Shown piece by piece: positions 28,943 through 32,000 of a stretch of 32,000 nucleotides of DNA. The stretch's first letter is position 1. Every line of letters begins with the position of its first letter. The notes beneath the pieces were generated by a model. That model saw only the letters and a list, made by a program, of their open reading frames with translations, had not been told where the DNA came from and made no database searches. Made by a program: the position numbers and the translations under genes. The stretch lies in the sequence record OZ262643.1; one strand, given 5' to 3'.

Positions 28943-28971
28943 TTGTTAATTTTTTTTCTTGATTGTATAAT
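28943..28971 (+). promoter_or_regulatory. Candidate promoter for the peroxiredoxin gene
   Basis: TTGTTA (28943-28948), 17 nt, perfect TATAAT (28966-28971), 75 nt upstream of the ATG at 29047 and downstream of trnfM. Confidence 0.35.
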
Positions 28972-29046
28972 ATGGTATTGTGATTCGTTTTTTACTATAA
29001 TAAGATTCTATTTACTAAAAATACTAAAAACTAATTTAATATTAAT

Positions 29047-29643
29047 ATGTCAACTAAGAATTTTCTTCAAGTTGGAGATAAAGCTCCAGATTTTTCTGCT
29101 GTTGCTGTTTACGAACAGGAGTTTAAGCAAGTTAAATTATCTAATTATTTAGGTAAGTATGTGATTTTATTGTTTTATCCTTTAGATTTTACTTTTGTTT
29201 GTCCAACAGAAATCATTGCATTTAGCGAAGTATACGATCAAATTGATTCCCTAAATGCTGAAATTTTGGGTATATCTGTAGACAGTGAATATTGTCATCT
29301 TGCATGGATGCAACTAGATCGTGAATCTGGAGGTGTTGGAGATTTAAACTATCCTTTAGTTTCTGATTTAAGTAAGCAAATTAGTTTGTCTTATAATGTT
29401 TTAAATAGTGAAGGTAAGTCTTTGAGAGGTTTATTTATTATTGATCATCTAGGAGTTATTCAACATGTTTTAGTGAATAATTTAGATTTTGGTAGAAGTG
29501 TTTCTGAAACTTTGAGAACTTTGCAAGCTATACAGTATGTTCAGAGCAATCCAGACGAAGTCTGTCCTGCTAACTGGCAGCCAGGAAATGCTACTATAAA
29601 AAATAGTCCTGTTGATTCTAAAGAGTATTTTAAAGCTATTTGA
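29047..29643 (+). CDS. ycf42: Typical 2-Cys peroxiredoxin (ycf42 / BAS1 type)
   Basis: 198-aa ORF with the peroxidatic Cys in [14 protein letters not shown] and the resolving Cys in EVCPANW. A GGVG motif and a C-terminal YF motif are also present. Confidence 0.93.
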   Translation: MSTKNFLQVGDKAPDFSAVAVYEQEFKQVKLSNYLGKYVILLFYPLDFTFVCPTEIIAFSEVYDQIDSLNAEILGISVDSEYCHLAWMQLDRESGGVGDLNYPLVSDLSKQISLSYNVLNSEGKSLRGLFIIDHLGVIQHVLVNNLDFGRSVSETLRTLQAIQYVQSNPDEVCPANWQPGNATIKNSPVDSKEYFKAI

Positions 29644-29793
29644 TCGATTTTTACTCTTTAAAATTTTTAATATAATCTTATGTATTAAAAGTTTATTTTA
29701 TTTAGTATATATTTTTTACGTGTTGTTTTTTAGGTACTTGGTTAAGTCTCTATAATAATTTTCTTATATTTAAAGAAGCAGGGGTACATAATA

Positions 29794-30489
29794 ATGTCTA
29801 CGAACTTAGCTAACAAATTGCGTGAAGGTACTACTAAATCACATAGCATGGCTGAAAATGTTAGTTTTGTGAAATCTTTCCTTGGAGGAGTTGTCGATAA
29901 AAATTCTTATCGTAAATTAGTTGCTAATTTATTTTTTATTTATAGCGCTATAGAAGAAGAGTTAGAGAAAAATCAAGATCATCAAGTTGTTAGGTATATA
30001 TATTTTCCTAAACTATACAGAAAAAATAGTTTAATAGAAGATTTAACTTATTATTATGGTAACAATTGGTCCGAATTTATTGAACCTTCTGTTGCTACCA
30101 AAATTTATATTGAACGGATACATCAAATAGGTTACAATGTTCCAGAGTTATTAATAGCTCATTCTTATACTCGTTATATTGGAGATTTGTCAGGAGGTCA
30201 AATTTTAAAAAAAATTGCCAAGAATGCGATGCAATTACCTAATAATTTAGGCACTGCTTTTTATGATTTTCATTTAATTCAAGATGAAAAACAATTTAAA
30301 GATCAGTATCGTGACTCTCTAAATAATATACCTTTAGATTCAGTACAAATTGAACAAATCATAGCAGAGGCAAATACTGCTTTTAACTTAAATATGACAA
30401 TATTTCAGGAACTTAACTCAAACATTTTTAAAATTATGTTAATGTTATTACTAAGTTCTATTAATAGTTTTCGTAAAAAACTAGAGTAG
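29794..30489 (+). CDS. pbsA: Heme oxygenase
   Basis: 231-aa ORF with LREGTTKSHSMAENVSFVKSFLGGV (proximal His) and ...YTRYIGDLSGGQILKKIA..., the HO-1 family. Confidence 0.92.
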   Translation: MSTNLANKLREGTTKSHSMAENVSFVKSFLGGVVDKNSYRKLVANLFFIYSAIEEELEKNQDHQVVRYIYFPKLYRKNSLIEDLTYYYGNNWSEFIEPSVATKIYIERIHQIGYNVPELLIAHSYTRYIGDLSGGQILKKIAKNAMQLPNNLGTAFYDFHLIQDEKQFKDQYRDSLNNIPLDSVQIEQIIAEANTAFNLNMTIFQELNSNIFKIMLMLLLSSINSFRKKLE

Positions 30490-30512
30490 AGTGATATAGT
30501 GTACTTAATACT

Positions 30513-30550
30513 AGTAAATAAATCTCATAATAAATAATAATTTATTTACT
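30513..30550 (+). terminator. AT-rich stem-loop after pbsA
   Basis: Perfect 11-bp inverted repeat AGTAAATAAAT (30513-30523) / ATTTATTTACT (30540-30550) with a 16-nt loop, followed by TTTT. It lies 24 nt after the pbsA stop and just before rpl35. Confidence 0.4.
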
Positions 30551-30572
30551 TTTTAACATGATCAATATTTAT

Positions 30573-30770
30573 ATGTATAAATTAAAAACAACTAAATCCG
30601 TTAGTAAACGATTTAAAATTTCATCTACAGGAAAATTTTTAAAGCATTATTCTTGTAAGAGTCATTTGCTTCAAAAAAAAAATAGTAAAAGAAAAAGGAA
30701 ATTGCGAAAAACAACTTTAGTTCAATATTGTGATCAGTATAGCTTGAACTATAATTTGCCTTATATATAA
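30573..30770 (+). CDS. rpl35: 50S ribosomal protein L35
   Basis: The ORF-track ORF starts at 30558 (MINIY). The second ATG gives MYKLKTTKSVSKRFKISSTGKFLKH...H, the canonical L35 N-terminus. It forms the conserved rpl35-rpl20 pair. Confidence 0.88.
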   Translation: MYKLKTTKSVSKRFKISSTGKFLKHYSCKSHLLQKKNSKRKRKLRKTTLVQYCDQYSLNYNLPYI

Positions 30771-30800
30771 CTAATCTTAATTTTTAATTAAAAATAATAT

Positions 30801-31145
30801 ATGACAAGAATTAAAAGAGGTAGTATTGCACGTCAGAGAAGAAAAAAAATTCTAAAGTTGGCTAAAGGCTTTAGAGGTTCTCATTCTAAGTTGTTTCGCA
30901 CAGCAAAGCAGCAAGTACTGAAATCTCTTAAGTATTCATATGTAGGTAGAAAAAATAAAAAACGCAATTACCGTCGTCTTTGGATTTCCCGTATAAATGC
31001 TGCTACTCGTTCGTATGACTGTAGTTATAGTGAGTTTATTGCTATGTTAAAAAAGAAAAAAATAGGTCTTAACCGTAAAATGTTAGCACAATTAGTTATT
31101 ATTGATATTTATTTTCTAGACTCTTTAATGAAAGTTATTCGGTGA
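30801..31145 (+). CDS. rpl20: 50S ribosomal protein L20
   Basis: 114-aa ORF starting [40 protein letters not shown]...KR..R.LWI.RINAA. Confidence 0.93.
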   Translation: MTRIKRGSIARQRRKKILKLAKGFRGSHSKLFRTAKQQVLKSLKYSYVGRKNKKRNYRRLWISRINAATRSYDCSYSEFIAMLKKKKIGLNRKMLAQLVIIDIYFLDSLMKVIR

Positions 31146-31159
31146 TATATCTAATTGTA

Positions 31160-32000
31160 TTAGTTTATTCTATTAAGTATATAATAGCTAGTTAATAATA
31201 TATCTTTTGTGTCTCTCTCTGAGTATTTTTGATTTATTATATGAACGGCTAGCTGAATATGCTCAATTGCTAAATCTTTTGCTTTTTGTATACCATTAGT
31301 TTGTTTGATGATATTAACTGTTTTCTGGATATCTTTTGGATTTTTAAATTCTTGATTAATTAATTTAATTATTTCCGGTTTTTCTGTTAATGCAAAGATG
31401 AGTGGAGCTGTTAAATTACCATTTCTTAGGTCTAATCCAGCTGGTTTTCCTAATCTCTTTTGTGAACTAATTATATCTAGTATATCATCTATTATTTGAA
31501 ATGCTAATCCTAAATGTTTACCGTATAAATAAAAATCATTTTGTATTGCTAAATCGTATGTACTTAGCATTGTAATTCCTTTACAACTATTTGCTATAAG
31601 TGATGCTGTTTTATAAAAGGATTTTTCTATATAATTTTCTATTGAAATTTGATAATCAAAAGATCTAGTTCCTTGTTGCACTTCTCCCTCTGCAAAATCA
31701 GTTATTACTTTAGAGATAACTTTTACCACATCTGAATTGTTTAAATTAGCTAGATACCAAGAAGATTGAGCAAAAAGGAAATCTCCAGCTAAAACAGCTA
31801 TTTTATTGTTAAACATATTGTGAACTGTTGCGACTCCTCTTCTTGTTTCACAATCGTCGATTATATCATCATGAACTAAACTTGCAGTATGTATTATTTC
31901 TGTAATTTCTGCTAGTCTTTTTTGTTCGTTTGATATTTCACCTTGATGCGTTGTTAATTTGGCTATCATAAGTAAAATAGCTGGTCTTATTCTTTTACCA
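31160..32000 (-). CDS. preA: Polyprenyl (solanesyl-type) diphosphate synthase, partial (N-terminus beyond window end)
   Basis: First Asp-rich motif [15 protein letters not shown] and second motif FQIIDDILD. The frame stays open upstream of the track's Met to the window edge ([15 protein letters not shown], the conserved GGKR.RP segment). The gene is therefore truncated by the window. Confidence 0.88.
   Translation of the reverse strand, partial: GKRIRPAILLMIAKLTTHQGEISNEQKRLAEITEIIHTASLVHDDIIDDCETRRGVATVHNMFNNKIAVLAGDFLFAQSSWYLANLNNSDVVKVISKVITDFAEGEVQQGTRSFDYQISIENYIEKSFYKTASLIANSCKGITMLSTYDLAIQNDFYLYGKHLGLAFQIIDDILDIISSQKRLGKPAGLDLRNGNLTAPLIFALTEKPEIIKLINQEFKNPKDIQKTVNIIKQTNGIQKAKDLAIEHIQLAVHIINQKYSERDTKDILLTSYYILNRIN

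Noticed and set aside
28961-28971. Apparent extended -10 (TG immediately before TATAAT) upstream of the peroxiredoxin gene
   Set aside because: The TG abuts the hexamer directly instead of being separated by one nucleotide (TGnTATAAT), so it is not a canonical extended -10. The TTGTTA-N17-TATAAT reading is kept as a low-confidence feature instead.

Overview
This window is a very AT-rich segment of a plastid genome of red-algal type. It is not a bacterial accessory region. I support 51 protein genes and 3 tRNA genes, packed with short spacers and no introns. All genes read cleanly with the standard bacterial/plastid code.

Layout:
- 1-14517 (minus strand): one 29-gene translation-apparatus supercluster. 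Transcribed order is rpl3-rpl4-rpl23-rpl2-rps19-rpl22-rps3-rpl16-rpl29-rps17-rpl14-rpl24-rpl5-rps8-rpl6-rpl18-rps5-secY-rpl36-rps13-rps11-rpoA-rpl13-rps9-rpl31-rps12-rps7-tufA-rps10. The 3' end of rps10 runs off the window.
- 14715-17931: dnaK (plus), trnG(GCC), psbZ, psbK, petG, rps14.
- 18056-22529: psaB and psaA (minus).
- 22751-28890: accB, an unassigned 60-codon ORF, ycf45 (P-loop ATPase), acpP, trnS(UGA), psaD, acsF, petN, petM, probable secG, ycf36, initiator trnfM(CAU).
- 29047-32000: a 2-Cys peroxiredoxin (ycf42/bas1 type), heme oxygenase pbsA, rpl35, rpl20, and a polyprenyl diphosphate synthase (preA) that continues past the window end.

The combination of pbsA, preA, accB, acpP, dnaK, acsF and ycf42 is typical of rhodophyte plastids. 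That taxonomic assignment rests on recalled gene content, not on a search.

I found no CRISPR array, mobile element, rRNA, defence or toxin-like system, or large repeat. I see no evidence for a novel multi-gene system here.

The points worth a second look are small-scale:
- a perfect TTGACA-N17-TATAAT promoter inside the ribosomal supercluster, just upstream of rps12;
- a near-consensus promoter ahead of rpl3;
- several perfect inverted repeats placed exactly at gene 3' ends, including a 15-bp stem between psaB and rps14;
- an unassigned basic 60-aa ORF between accB and ycf45;
- a Ser/Asn-rich low-complexity linker in ycf45;
- several ORF-track N-terminal extensions that are probably artefacts.

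Promoter and hairpin calls were made by eye in AT-rich DNA, where chance matches are common. Their confidences are set accordingly.
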